A DNA stretch of 64,000 nucleotides from a virus (taxonomy: Duplodnaviria; Heunggongvirae; Uroviricota; Caudoviricetes): the IMG/VR virus record IMGVR_UViG_3300005527_003200; one strand, written 5' to 3'. Numbering within the stretch: the stretch's first letter is position 1; the number at the start of each line of letters is the position of its first letter. Shown in pieces: positions 7,342 through 15,658 of this stretch. The notes beneath the pieces were generated by a model that saw only the letters and a list, made by a program, of their open reading frames with translations, was not told the DNA's origin and did not search any database. A program made the position numbers and the translations under genes.

Positions 7342-7742
7342 TCCTTTTTTGTTTTGCGTTTGAAAGTTGTTGGGTCAATCACTGCCGACAGGGCTTGCGT
7401 GACATCTTCCGCAGTGTCTGGGTCAGTGCTCTTTTTGAGTCCTAGTGCAACCTTTTCTTCTGCTGTGAGTTTACGCAGGGCCGCACGCCGCAGGCGCAGA
7501 CGCTCTTGTTTGCGTTCTTCCTTTTCGCGGGCCTTGCGGTCTGCTTCTTTGTGTTTAGCCCACCATTCACGCACCTCGTCATCACGGAGCAACAACAGAT
7601 CTTCAATCTTGTTGTTTTCCAGTTCAGTCATGGCCTTGCAGGCAATGCGAGCCAGCATGTCAGCACGGTCTTTGAGATCGCGATACTGCCAACTGTCAGT
7701 GGGGCTGGAATAACTGTCTGATGCATAATCTCTACAGGGCAT
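7329..7742 (-). CDS. Hypothetical basic coiled-coil protein (137 aa)
   Basis: The product is K/R/E-rich. It is operon-consistent. Confidence 0.5.
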   Translation of the reverse strand: MPCRDYASDSYSSPTDSWQYRDLKDRADMLARIACKAMTELENNKIEDLLLLRDDEVREWWAKHKEADRKAREKEERKQERLRLRRAALRKLTAEEKVALGLKKSTDPDTAEDVTQALSAVIDPTTFKRKTKKEWQI

Positions 7743-7743
7743 G

Positions 7744-8136
7744 TTACTCTCCTTGTGTCTGCAGGGCTTTCAAAAACTCCACACATGCGGCCTCGGTGCG
7801 CTTGGTCACTACCACCCGGCCACCCCAGAAGCCCACATACAGACTGCGGTGCTCCACAAACTTCACTTCACCGTCAGCACCAGTATGCTTTTGACGAGCC
7901 GCTGGCTTTGCAGGCACTGCCTTTTTTGCAGGTGCTTTAGGCACTGCGGCCACCACAGGCTTTGCTGTCACTGCCTTTGCAGGTGCAGGCACTGCAAGCG
8001 GACGATGCTCAAAGCCATGTTTCTTATCATACTTGGCAATGGCTTTTTCATCCATGCCCCATGTGGCCAGTAGTCGGCGAACTTCAGTGCCGGGCAGTTG
8101 ATTCCAGTGTATGATAGGGTCAGTCCAGTTGGTCAT
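7744..8136 (-). CDS. Hypothetical protein with an Ala/Pro/Lys-rich linker (130 aa)
   Basis: It contains AKP repeats of the form PAPAKAVTAKPVVAAVPKAPAKK. Confidence 0.5.
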   Translation of the reverse strand: MTNWTDPIIHWNQLPGTEVRRLLATWGMDEKAIAKYDKKHGFEHRPLAVPAPAKAVTAKPVVAAVPKAPAKKAVPAKPAARQKHTGADGEVKFVEHRSLYVGFWGGRVVVTKRTEAACVEFLKALQTQGE

Positions 8137-8146
8137 GTTGGGCTCC

Positions 8147-8347
8147 TTAATAAGATTGATGTGAATGTCCGATACGATACACGGGTGCGCCTGGCGTCAA
8201 ATCATTTTCCGGAGTATACACTTCCGGCAACATGATATCCGCAAACTCACCGTAGGAGTAATAACCAGACTCGGTCACTACCAAGCGAGCATCAGCGGGC
8301 AGGGCACGGAGTGCCTCAATCATTTGTGCTACAGTTATAGTGGTCAT
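8147..8347 (-). CDS. Small hypothetical protein (66 aa)
   Basis: The listed ORF was trimmed to a Met that has an AAGGAG RBS and lies directly behind a consensus promoter. Confidence 0.55.
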   Translation of the reverse strand: MTTITVAQMIEALRALPADARLVVTESGYYSYGEFADIMLPEVYTPENDLTPGAPVYRIGHSHQSY

Positions 8348-8374
8348 CTCAAGCTCCTTAGTGTCTATGTGTGT

Positions 8375-8403
8375 ATTATAGCAAATTGGGAATTTTTGGT
8401 CAA
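8375..8403 (-). promoter_or_regulatory. Sigma-70 promoter: TTGACC, 17-bp spacer, TATAAT, with a conserved ACACACATAGACA leader
   Basis: The minus strand reads gGTTGACCaaaaattcccaatttgcTATAATacacacatagacactAAGGAGcttgagATG. Confidence 0.75.
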
Positions 8404-8600
8404 CCGTGCAGAGCAGTCCAGGTTTCCCAGGGCTGATCGCGAATGTATTGTATTGCCTTAACACCACCTTTAACCCTGCAGGCATACTGCATGGCTGTGG
8501 CAAATTTGCCACGCTGACGATGTGTTTTGCGAGCTAATCCTACCGGATTGAGCTTCCATTTCCACAGCGAGTCATATTTGCCGCGAATCATCTTGTGCAT
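8400..8600 (-). CDS. Small basic hypothetical protein (66 aa)
   Basis: It has its own promoter and a GAGGAG RBS. Confidence 0.55.
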   Translation of the reverse strand: MHKMIRGKYDSLWKWKLNPVGLARKTHRQRGKFATAMQYACRVKGGVKAIQYIRDQPWETWTALHG

Positions 8601-8628
8601 GGTGGCTCCTCTGTTGTCTATGTGTGTA

Positions 8629-8657
8629 TTATAGCAAAACGGTGATTTGGTGTCAAC
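8629..8657 (-). promoter_or_regulatory. Consensus sigma-70 promoter: TTGACA, 17-bp spacer, TATAAT, with the same conserved leader
   Basis: The minus strand reads gGTTGACAccaaatcaccgttttgcTATAATacacacatagaca. The -35 element overlaps the stop codon of the upstream gene. Confidence 0.75.
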
Positions 8658-8982
8658 CGTTTTGCTTCACGCGAACGTCCGTGTTCAGCGCAGGTGCATA
8701 CTTTTGTATTAACTCGCGCTCCAACTTATGTGCGGCATCTTTGCCACGCACAATGTCCACGATAGCCACGTTCATTGCTTCAGTACCGTTTGCGCGAATT
8801 GCTTCGTACAAGTTCCAGCCTTTGTCTTCTGTGCGGCTACGGTAGATGTGCTTGTTCACACGGCTACGGAGCGACATGTTGATTGTGCGCTGGGTTTTTG
8901 CGGTAATACCAATGTAGTACTCAAATCCAATTTGGATCATGTACACTATGTGGCTGCGATCAGTACGTTTCTTTCTCATCAT
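8653..8982 (-). CDS. GIY-YIG domain protein (small, YhbQ-like, no obvious DNA-binding extension)
   Basis: It carries a VYMIQ...YYIGIT (GIY-YIG) motif plus conserved R and E residues. Its ATG lies only 6 nt downstream of the -10 hexamer. Confidence 0.65.
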   Translation of the reverse strand: MMRKKRTDRSHIVYMIQIGFEYYIGITAKTQRTINMSLRSRVNKHIYRSRTEDKGWNLYEAIRANGTEAMNVAIVDIVRGKDAAHKLERELIQKYAPALNTDVRVKQNG

Positions 8983-8988
8983 GTGTGT

Positions 8989-9017
8989 ATTATAGCATTT
9001 TGGGCATTTTTGGTCAA
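8989..9017 (-). promoter_or_regulatory. Sigma-70 promoter: TTGACC, 17-bp spacer, TATAAT. It predicts a leaderless or near-leaderless mRNA for the GIY-YIG gene.
   Basis: The minus strand reads gGTTGACCaaaaatgcccaaaatgcTATAATacacacATGATG. Confidence 0.65.
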
Positions 9018-9045
9018 CCGAAATGCCTGTTGCAAAAATACAACA

Positions 9046-9085
9046 AAAGTACTACTTTTTTTAGCCCTAAAAGTAGTACTTTTTT
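9046..9085. promoter_or_regulatory. Perfect 15-17-bp palindrome (AAAAGTACTACTTTT / AAAAGTAGTACTTTT) between divergent transcription units; bidirectional terminator or operator
   Basis: An inverted repeat with an 8-nt loop is flanked by A/T runs on both strands. Confidence 0.5.
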
Positions 9086-9110
9086 CAGCAAAAATTGAAT
9101 ATTTGGTCAA
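9082..9110 (-). promoter_or_regulatory. Degenerate fourth copy of the promoter repeat: TTGACC -35 with a poor -10 (TGAAAA)
   Basis: It shares GGTTGACCAAA...TTTTGC with the copies at 8375, 8629 and 8989. Confidence 0.25.
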
Positions 9111-9136
9111 CCAAAGTGTGGGCTATAAGTAACAGC

Positions 9137-10210
9137 ATGGACACTGATCTTTACCACGACATTTACACTAGCGAAATTTTTGACACCAGCCAATGCATAT
9201 GGCACGAAAATAATACCATGAATTTCTTTCACAGTTTGTTGATCAAACTGGGATATGAGCCTGTGCAAGATGGACACAAAACATGGCGCCGTGGAGACCG
9301 TACTGTGGTGCTGTGTCTGGTAGACGACTACATCTCTACCACATACGACTATGACACACCAGTGGCATATCGATTTGATCGCAATACCACAGTGATCACA
9401 GACAACTATGTTACCAGTCCAACCTTGTACAAGGTGTTTCAACTGCCATCCAGTTTCTTTGGCATCTATCATTATGAACCCAAGCTGACCAATTTCAATC
9501 CCACACGCAGATTTAATTTTTCAGTCAATCGCATTGATTCCAAACGCATGTTGACCATGCTGGAAATTGCGTTGCGTTGTGAAAAGTATCCAGATGCTGA
9601 AACGTTGGACTTTATCAATTTCAACTGCTGGAGTTGGGAAGGTGACAATTCCACAGCTGAAGGATGCAATCAAAATTTCAGAGATGCCTACGAAAAACTA
9701 GAGCCACAATACAAAGCAGTGTATGGTGACACTTTTGAACGCATTGCTCAAACCATGCCATTTAAAAATCATGACATGTCAGTTGAGCAGGCACACCTCA
9801 GTGCTTATGTGAACATGGTAATTGAAACCTACTCCAGTGACAGTTCAATTGCTCTCAGCGAGAAGATATTCCGTGCATTGGTCACTCCGGCACCCTGGCA
9901 AGTGTATGCTGGCCGCCATGCAGTGGCCTATCTGGAAAGTCTAGGATTTGACACACTCAAAGACATTGTCAATCACAGTTACGATGTCATGATGGAAAAC
10001 AAAACTGCTGCCTATGGTGACAAACTGGTTGAATACATCTTTGCTGGCGCAGATACATTTACCAAACTCAGTGCTATGGATCGCACAGAACTGCGACATC
10101 GTTGCCTTACTGCCAGCAGACAAAATCAAAAGGTGCTCAAAGACATGAGTGCTCGTTGGCCTGCAGAGTTTGCCGCTTGGTTGCCGGCTGTTATAGACCA
10201 TATCAAATAA
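9137..10210 (+). CDS. Putative glycosyltransferase, GT10-like (alpha-1,3-fucosyltransferase-type C-terminal motif), paralogue A
   Basis: Its C-terminus (ETYSSD...SEKIFRAL...PWQVYAG...LGFDTLKDIVNHSYD) resembles the GT10 FEN...TEK...PVV motif. It is shared with the genes at 12398, 28080 and 49134. The listed ORF was trimmed to its first ATG. Confidence 0.5.
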   Translation: MDTDLYHDIYTSEIFDTSQCIWHENNTMNFFHSLLIKLGYEPVQDGHKTWRRGDRTVVLCLVDDYISTTYDYDTPVAYRFDRNTTVITDNYVTSPTLYKVFQLPSSFFGIYHYEPKLTNFNPTRRFNFSVNRIDSKRMLTMLEIALRCEKYPDAETLDFINFNCWSWEGDNSTAEGCNQNFRDAYEKLEPQYKAVYGDTFERIAQTMPFKNHDMSVEQAHLSAYVNMVIETYSSDSSIALSEKIFRALVTPAPWQVYAGRHAVAYLESLGFDTLKDIVNHSYDVMMENKTAAYGDKLVEYIFAGADTFTKLSAMDRTELRHRCLTASRQNQKVLKDMSARWPAEFAAWLPAVIDHIK

Positions 10211-10211
10211 C

Positions 10212-11753
10212 ATGTGTGGTGTTCTATACGTAAAAAGCACCACTGATATACCGCTAGAAAAGCACAACCAAGCTCTAGAAATTTTAAAAGATCGCGGTCC
10301 AGATTTTACCTGTTACCAACATCATGGTCGTGTGTTCTGTGCGCAAACAGTTCTGCACATCACTGGCAACACACAATTTTACAATCGACAGTCAGATGAT
10401 TTTTTTGCATTCAATGGCGAAATCTACAACTATCGCTGGTTTGGTTCCTACAGCAACGACACTGAGCTGATGTATCGTGCTGTAAAAGACGCACCAGTAA
10501 AAAAACTCAAATACTTTGAAGGACCGTGGGCGTGGGTGTATGCTCAAGGCGACCAAGTGATATATGCCACTGATCCACAAGGCGAAAGATGCCTGTACAG
10601 ATATCAAGACAACAACATACTGATTGTGAGTTCTGAGGTGGCAGCTATTTTGGTATACATCCGACCAAAATTACAAGACATTGATTACACAACCAAACAC
10701 TATCCAATTTGGCAAAACACGCCTTGGCAAGGAATTGAACGATGTGTGCCAGGTGTGATGTATGATCAGTCGGGCAACACCACAGTGATTGACAGTATCT
10801 TTTCATGGGCCAAACCCAGTAGTATTCAAACATTGGACCAGGCCTGGGAAGAATATCAACCCTTGTGGGAACGGGTAATCACTGACATGCGGCCAGAAAC
10901 ATCTTATGCCTGCACATTCAGTGGTGGGCTTGATTCTGGCGTGGTTGCAAAAAGTCTTCCACAAAGTCAGCACTATTATACCACCAACATGCTGGGCAAA
11001 GACCCAGTGAGTGAACAATCTCAACGTATGTTGGAAGGCAGTCAACGAGACAAAATCATCAACATTGGTGTTACAGAACAGCAATGGGCCGATGCATTTG
11101 AGCAAGTGTGTCGTCGCACACTGATGCCAGTTCAAAGCTACAGTTTTGTTGGCCAGTGGATAATTGCTCAACACTGCAAAGAACGTGTGTTGTTTACTGG
11201 TGTAGGCGCTGATGAACTGTTTGGTGGCTATGGCGTTTACTCACAGCTTGAATACACCACACAAACAAGTGCAAGTCCTTACAGTTCATTTGGCAATGAC
11301 ACTCACGCTCAACAACTGTGGCAACAATGTTTGCATGCACATCAAGGTCAAGCAGAGCCAGCCACTCTGTTGATGGATTATATCACTCAAATTTGTGCAA
11401 TAGACATGCGTGGCATTGACGTTTGTACCATGGCACATGGCATTGAACCACGCTCGCCATTTGTGCATCCTAAGATCATTCGGTTTGCACTTGGCCTTCC
11501 CATGCACCTGAGGCGCGGCAAACCTTTGATTCGTCGACAGTTTTTGGCCTCCTGGCCTGAAGAAATGATACTTCCCAAAAAAGGATTCACTGGACATTGC
11601 AATGATTCATTGCCTTGGATGAAATTCACTGTGCCAGATCAGGCTCGGGCACCACAGTGGAAGCAAATTGTCAAAACTGGATTTAGATATTATGCCAATC
11701 AATATCTTGATCAAACCACTCAGGACTTATCCGCACATGCGGATGTTGCTTGA
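10212..11753 (+). CDS. Asparagine-synthetase-B-like glutamine amidotransferase (class-II GATase plus PP-loop ATP pyrophosphatase)
   Basis: Cys is the first residue after the initiator Met. A PP-loop SGGLDS is present, and the C-terminal MAHGIEPRSPF matches the AsnB E.R.PFLD motif. Confidence 0.75.
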   Translation: MCGVLYVKSTTDIPLEKHNQALEILKDRGPDFTCYQHHGRVFCAQTVLHITGNTQFYNRQSDDFFAFNGEIYNYRWFGSYSNDTELMYRAVKDAPVKKLKYFEGPWAWVYAQGDQVIYATDPQGERCLYRYQDNNILIVSSEVAAILVYIRPKLQDIDYTTKHYPIWQNTPWQGIERCVPGVMYDQSGNTTVIDSIFSWAKPSSIQTLDQAWEEYQPLWERVITDMRPETSYACTFSGGLDSGVVAKSLPQSQHYYTTNMLGKDPVSEQSQRMLEGSQRDKIINIGVTEQQWADAFEQVCRRTLMPVQSYSFVGQWIIAQHCKERVLFTGVGADELFGGYGVYSQLEYTTQTSASPYSSFGNDTHAQQLWQQCLHAHQGQAEPATLLMDYITQICAIDMRGIDVCTMAHGIEPRSPFVHPKIIRFALGLPMHLRRGKPLIRRQFLASWPEEMILPKKGFTGHCNDSLPWMKFTVPDQARAPQWKQIVKTGFRYYANQYLDQTTQDLSAHADVA

Positions 11754-12399
11754 AATATTTTTCAACCCAATCCAAGCATTGTGATTCGCTAGGAGTCACT
11801 GACCTAGTGCGAGAACTGTTGAATTCATACCAGTACAACCCGTATGGTGCCTGAGAATCTGTAAATCTAAAAGTAAACAACTGTCCGGGATCTGCTCCGC
11901 ACAGTTTGGCAAATCTATCAAAAGTTGTGATTGGTTCAAAGTCTGAATACAAGTGTGCTCGACTGTGATGTGTGGTAATAAATCCTGGCACAGTTTGTAT
12001 TTCGGGCAATCGTTCTAGACATCGCAATCGTGAATCTCCATTGCCAGCAAGATATGTGCCATCACCCTGATCTAACACCAAAAATGGTTTTATAATGCCC
12101 TGTGCTCGTATGTCTCGTATCCACATGTTGAGCTTGACAAGATTGGCAATGTCATAGTGATTGCGCGGCTCAGCTAGAAACCCTGCTGGCCCATCATGAT
12201 CTAGCCACTGATTGGCCCATTCGCAAAGATCATTCAGTCGTTGGTTGGTTGAAAAGTGTCGAAATTCGCAACTGGGATTCCAGAACAAGCAATGCATGCC
12301 TTGATTTGAACTGATCTGAATGGGATCTTGTTTGCTGGGCCAGTGAAATTCCACAAGAGGATTATTCCAATACATAGATCTACTTAGTAAATAGGTCAT
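11683..12399 (-). CDS. Hypothetical protein on the opposite strand, possibly ParB/sulfiredoxin-like (GNGDSRL)
   Basis: It is a 238-codon ORF in an otherwise unassigned 640-nt gap. Its start codon overlaps the divergent start of the gene at 12398. Confidence 0.4.
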   Translation of the reverse strand: MTYLLSRSMYWNNPLVEFHWPSKQDPIQISSNQGMHCLFWNPSCEFRHFSTNQRLNDLCEWANQWLDHDGPAGFLAEPRNHYDIANLVKLNMWIRDIRAQGIIKPFLVLDQGDGTYLAGNGDSRLRCLERLPEIQTVPGFITTHHSRAHLYSDFEPITTFDRFAKLCGADPGQLFTFRFTDSQAPYGLYWYEFNSSRTRSVTPSESQCLDWVEKYFKQHPHVRISPEWFDQDIDWHNI

Positions 12400-13357
12400 G
12401 GACTATACATCTTTGTTTGCCAACACACTCTCTGGCTTGGGGTTTGATCTGCATGCAGTTTACAACTGCTTTGATCCGCCATATCGTCCAGAAACTGGTT
12501 GGCCGTTAAAGTTGCCCAACATTGAATTCAAACACAACACACTGCTGTTGTTGCATTTTCAAGATTTCATAACACCATGTCAGGGTCGCATACTTGAACT
12601 GGAACAAGTAGAACGCCACTATGGCGCCAATGCACATCGTGTGCTGGTAACTTATTGGAGTCATAATTTACAAAAATACTATCAAGGACCAGTGAACCTT
12701 ATCGAATTCAGCAATCACAACATGGCCACTGTGACTGCTATCCAAGCTCGTGAGTCACAATGGACCAATTCAATAAATGCAAAAACTTCAGCATGGCAAT
12801 GCCTCAATGGTCGCATGTGCTTGCATCGTCGACGTGCTGTGGACATCTTGCAACATTGGCCTAATGGTGTGTTAAGTTACGGCAACGACATTCCACTTGA
12901 TGCTTGGGCTTATGACACCTATCGCGGCACAGAAAACGAAGATAACTTCATGCGACTGTTGCCGGTATATGCAAAATGTCAAGTGAACATTGTGACTGAA
13001 ACACAGTATGATGAGCCGCCAGGCATTGTGAGCGAAAAAACATTGATGGCGATGATTGCACAGCAGGTACCCATTGTGATTGGTCACCAAGGTATTGTGC
13101 AAGACTGTAGAGAGCTTGGGTTTGACATGTTTGACGACCTGGTGGACACCAGCTATGATAGCATGTCCAATGACGTTCGAGTCGAACAAGCCATAATGAA
13201 AAATCAAGATCTCATACTGGGAAAAATTAACCTTGCGCCATACCAAGAGCGACTGCAAAAACAAAGAAGTTTTTTGCTTGATGAATTTATAACTGGCACA
13301 CAACAACGGTACATTCAAGACGTTGAACAGTTGGCTAAAAAACTAAGTGCGATTTAA
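12398..13357 (+). CDS. Putative glycosyltransferase, GT10-like, paralogue B
   Basis: It has the C-terminal motif NIVTETQYDE...SEKTLMAM...PIVIGHQG...LGFDMFDDLVDTSYD. Confidence 0.5.
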   Translation: MDYTSLFANTLSGLGFDLHAVYNCFDPPYRPETGWPLKLPNIEFKHNTLLLLHFQDFITPCQGRILELEQVERHYGANAHRVLVTYWSHNLQKYYQGPVNLIEFSNHNMATVTAIQARESQWTNSINAKTSAWQCLNGRMCLHRRRAVDILQHWPNGVLSYGNDIPLDAWAYDTYRGTENEDNFMRLLPVYAKCQVNIVTETQYDEPPGIVSEKTLMAMIAQQVPIVIGHQGIVQDCRELGFDMFDDLVDTSYDSMSNDVRVEQAIMKNQDLILGKINLAPYQERLQKQRSFLLDEFITGTQQRYIQDVEQLAKKLSAI

Positions 13358-13708
13358 AAACTTCAACCACTTTTCTAGATCGCCGTACATGGCCAACATC
13401 ACTGCCTGCTGACTGCCAAACAAAACAATTTGCGGATGCTTGCCAATTTTAATGTAGTAAGGGCAATCTAACTTTTTATCCAAGGTCAGTAAATGTTTGG
13501 GTTTAGCAACCAAGTCAGAAGGAGCATCAAATGCGTATGTTTCTAAGTCACAAGTACCAATTGCTGTATATCCAGCATTGGTCAGTCTGAATCCGCCGCC
13601 ATCTCTAAAGTTCATCCACCATGACTTGCAGGCTTCGTCGTAGGTCAGTTGGTCTTCCGACGGAAGACCTGTCAGTATGCGTTCGGTAATCTGTTGTTTA
13701 GTTAACAT
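13343..13708 (-). CDS. Hypothetical protein (121 aa)
   Basis: It is in operon orientation. No domain was recognised. Confidence 0.5.
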   Translation of the reverse strand: MLTKQQITERILTGLPSEDQLTYDEACKSWWMNFRDGGGFRLTNAGYTAIGTCDLETYAFDAPSDLVAKPKHLLTLDKKLDCPYYIKIGKHPQIVLFGSQQAVMLAMYGDLEKWLKFLNRT

Positions 13709-14006
13709 TGGGGTACACTTGTTCCCCTTGTGTTAACAGCATGACTGTGAATTTGTCAGTCTTGAACTGTGCATTTAATTTTTTTGCCAAATTTTTAGCA
13801 TGCCCTGGATTTGAGAAACTGACTTTTTTGTACTTGGGTCCGGGGTATTGCGTAAGCATGTTACCAGTCTTGAGATTGATTGGCTTTTGATCGTAAAAGA
13901 CCGCCCACACACCTTCAGAGGCCAATACTTGTTCGGTCTTATAGGTTTGTTTCTCAGTGTGCTCAATTAGAACTAGCGGTTTGGGTCTACTCATATTTTC
14001 TCCCAA
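13698..14006 (-). CDS. Hypothetical protein (102 aa)
   Basis: It is operon-consistent and overlaps its neighbour. Confidence 0.5.
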   Translation of the reverse strand: MGENMSRPKPLVLIEHTEKQTYKTEQVLASEGVWAVFYDQKPINLKTGNMLTQYPGPKYKKVSFSNPGHAKNLAKKLNAQFKTDKFTVMLLTQGEQVYPNVN

Positions 14007-14024
14007 GTTTATTTATCTAATAAA

Positions 14025-14240
14025 CTAGGTGTTTTTGAAGCTTCCGCCTGCGAGTTCTACCGTAATCACTTCATTGGAATTTGTAGCAGTGTTTGACCGT
14101 AGTTCTTCCAAAGTTACCAATAGCTTGGTAATGTCTGCATGCAGATCCTTAGCGTCACGAAGTGTCATGATAAAATCACGTTGGTTGCGTGACTCATGCG
14201 CCTTGATAGAATCAACAAATCGGTGTATGTGTAAACTCAT
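14025..14240 (-). CDS. Hypothetical protein (71 aa)
   Basis: It shares an ATGA-type overlap with MazG. Confidence 0.45.
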   Translation of the reverse strand: MSLHIHRFVDSIKAHESRNQRDFIMTLRDAKDLHADITKLLVTLEELRSNTATNSNEVITVELAGGSFKNT

Positions 14241-14605
14241 TTTTTAAGATATGGGTTGAGATCAGGTGGCGTCCAGCCTACAGGTTTGAGTACCTTACCA
14301 TCTTCGCGCTTGCGAACCTTGCCGGTGTCTCGATCAATCTTGGCAAAGTTAGTTTTCATGACTTCTTTCCAAGCACCTTCGGCATCTGCGCCCATACTGT
14401 GTAATGCACCAATAGTAACAACCAAAATGTCAATAAGTGCATCAACAGTTTCGACTTGGTCGTGTGCTGTGATTGCATCAGCCAATTCGTTGGCTTCTTC
14501 TTCAATCAATGTAACATACAAGTTAAATTGATCTTTGTTAAACTCGTTGACACTTTGGTCGCAAGCCTTCATAAATTTTTCTTGATCTCTAAACGGATTG
14601 GTCAT
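14237..14605 (-). CDS. mazG: MazG-family nucleoside triphosphate pyrophosphohydrolase
   Basis: It carries an EEEANELADAI (EExxE) motif. The start was trimmed to MTNPFRD to remove the overlap with the methyltransferase. Confidence 0.7.
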   Translation of the reverse strand: MTNPFRDQEKFMKACDQSVNEFNKDQFNLYVTLIEEEANELADAITAHDQVETVDALIDILVVTIGALHSMGADAEGAWKEVMKTNFAKIDRDTGKVRKREDGKVLKPVGWTPPDLNPYLKK

Positions 14606-15228
14606 AAGTTCTCCCGAAGTTCCCAAAGTGCTACCCAGCCATTAGATTTTGGAAAATAACTGGTTTGTAATTTATGTGATATTTTTAAATCATATCCCAT
14701 ATTTGACAGTGATTGATTAATAATAAAGAAGGGAGTTTTAAAATTGACCCCACAATGCTTCCAAGATTTTCGAAGTTGTCTCGACCCGCTGATATTAATA
14801 TCTTCTGGTAGATAAGCTAACGGATGCTCGGCAGTTACACAATCAAGCATTATGTATTTTGGTGTATTATAATTTACAAATAGTTCCAACAGATGCAATG
14901 AACTATGATGATGATACAACACACCAAAACAAATTACAACATCAAATGGTTTAGCATCTCTCATAAGCCAAACATCATCAACCACAACTTTGTCTACTCC
15001 AGGAATATCTTCTAATGTAGATTGGTGAACTATATTCCCTTCAATGCATTCTAAGTAACATGGTGCATGTTTTGCAATTAATTTAGTGTGTTTTCCAACA
15101 TGCGGCCCTACTTCAAGTACTCGAGCATTAGCACATACCTTCAAATAGTTTTCATCTATAAAATTATAATATTCAGTCTCATTACCAGTAACAGTTTTTA
15201 CATCTTCTTTAAAGTCATAAGGATGCAT
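14602..15228 (-). CDS. Class I SAM-dependent methyltransferase
   Basis: Motif I reads VLEVGPHVGKHT, followed by an acidic post-I residue. Confidence 0.6.
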   Translation of the reverse strand: MHPYDFKEDVKTVTGNETEYYNFIDENYLKVCANARVLEVGPHVGKHTKLIAKHAPCYLECIEGNIVHQSTLEDIPGVDKVVVDDVWLMRDAKPFDVVICFGVLYHHHSSLHLLELFVNYNTPKYIMLDCVTAEHPLAYLPEDINISGSRQLRKSWKHCGVNFKTPFFIINQSLSNMGYDLKISHKLQTSYFPKSNGWVALWELRENL

Positions 15229-15658
15229 TTGCTTGCTCCTCGGTGTAAAATGGTCCTTGATAGGTATAACGTTCTAGCACAATTAGTTTGGGATTCTGTA
15301 GCACTTTCCAACTGCGATGTTGTTTGATCGAATACCATCCGGCAGCAAACCATGATTTGCTTTTGGTTGTTTTGGTAAACAACGGCAATTTTAACTGCAC
15401 ATTCCACATGCCATTGTGTGTTCGGCAACCTGTAGGATAACCATGCACACAATCTTTTGGAATAGGCGTGACATGTTCTGGTTCAGCAAATTCAATGTTG
15501 GCCTGTCGGCGCAACATTCGAATGGTTTTAAATTTAGCAACCTTGTTGCGGATGGTAAGAGCAAACCCACCATCTACAGCTTGAACGTTGCCAATTTTTT
15601 CATCGTCTTGTTTGAGTATCCAGTATTGATTGTCAATTACCGGTTTTGCTACTATCAT
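15215..15658 (-). CDS. Hypothetical protein (147 aa)
   Basis: It is operon-consistent. Confidence 0.5.
   Translation of the reverse strand: MIVAKPVIDNQYWILKQDDEKIGNVQAVDGGFALTIRNKVAKFKTIRMLRRQANIEFAEPEHVTPIPKDCVHGYPTGCRTHNGMWNVQLKLPLFTKTTKSKSWFAAGWYSIKQHRSWKVLQNPKLIVLERYTYQGPFYTEEQANASL

Noticed and set aside
7048-7713. Plus-strand 221-aa ORF
   Set aside because: It is antisense to three coupled minus-strand genes and contains an Arg/Ser low-complexity run typical of reverse-frame artefacts.
8363-9125. CRISPR-like array, suggested by regularly spaced repeats
   Set aside because: The repeats are about 30-bp promoter elements with -35/-10 architecture, spaced 245-370 bp apart with genes between them. 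They are not short palindromic repeats with uniform spacers.
8728-9132. Plus-strand 134-aa ORF
   Set aside because: It is antisense to the GIY-YIG gene and its promoter and has no RBS.
10212-11753. Calling the 513-aa amidotransferase a Gat-QueC fusion
   Set aside because: The C-terminal domain carries the asparagine-synthetase E.R.PF motif and lacks a QueC-type zinc-Cys tail. It is kept as AsnB-like, with the QueC-substitute idea flagged only as inference.
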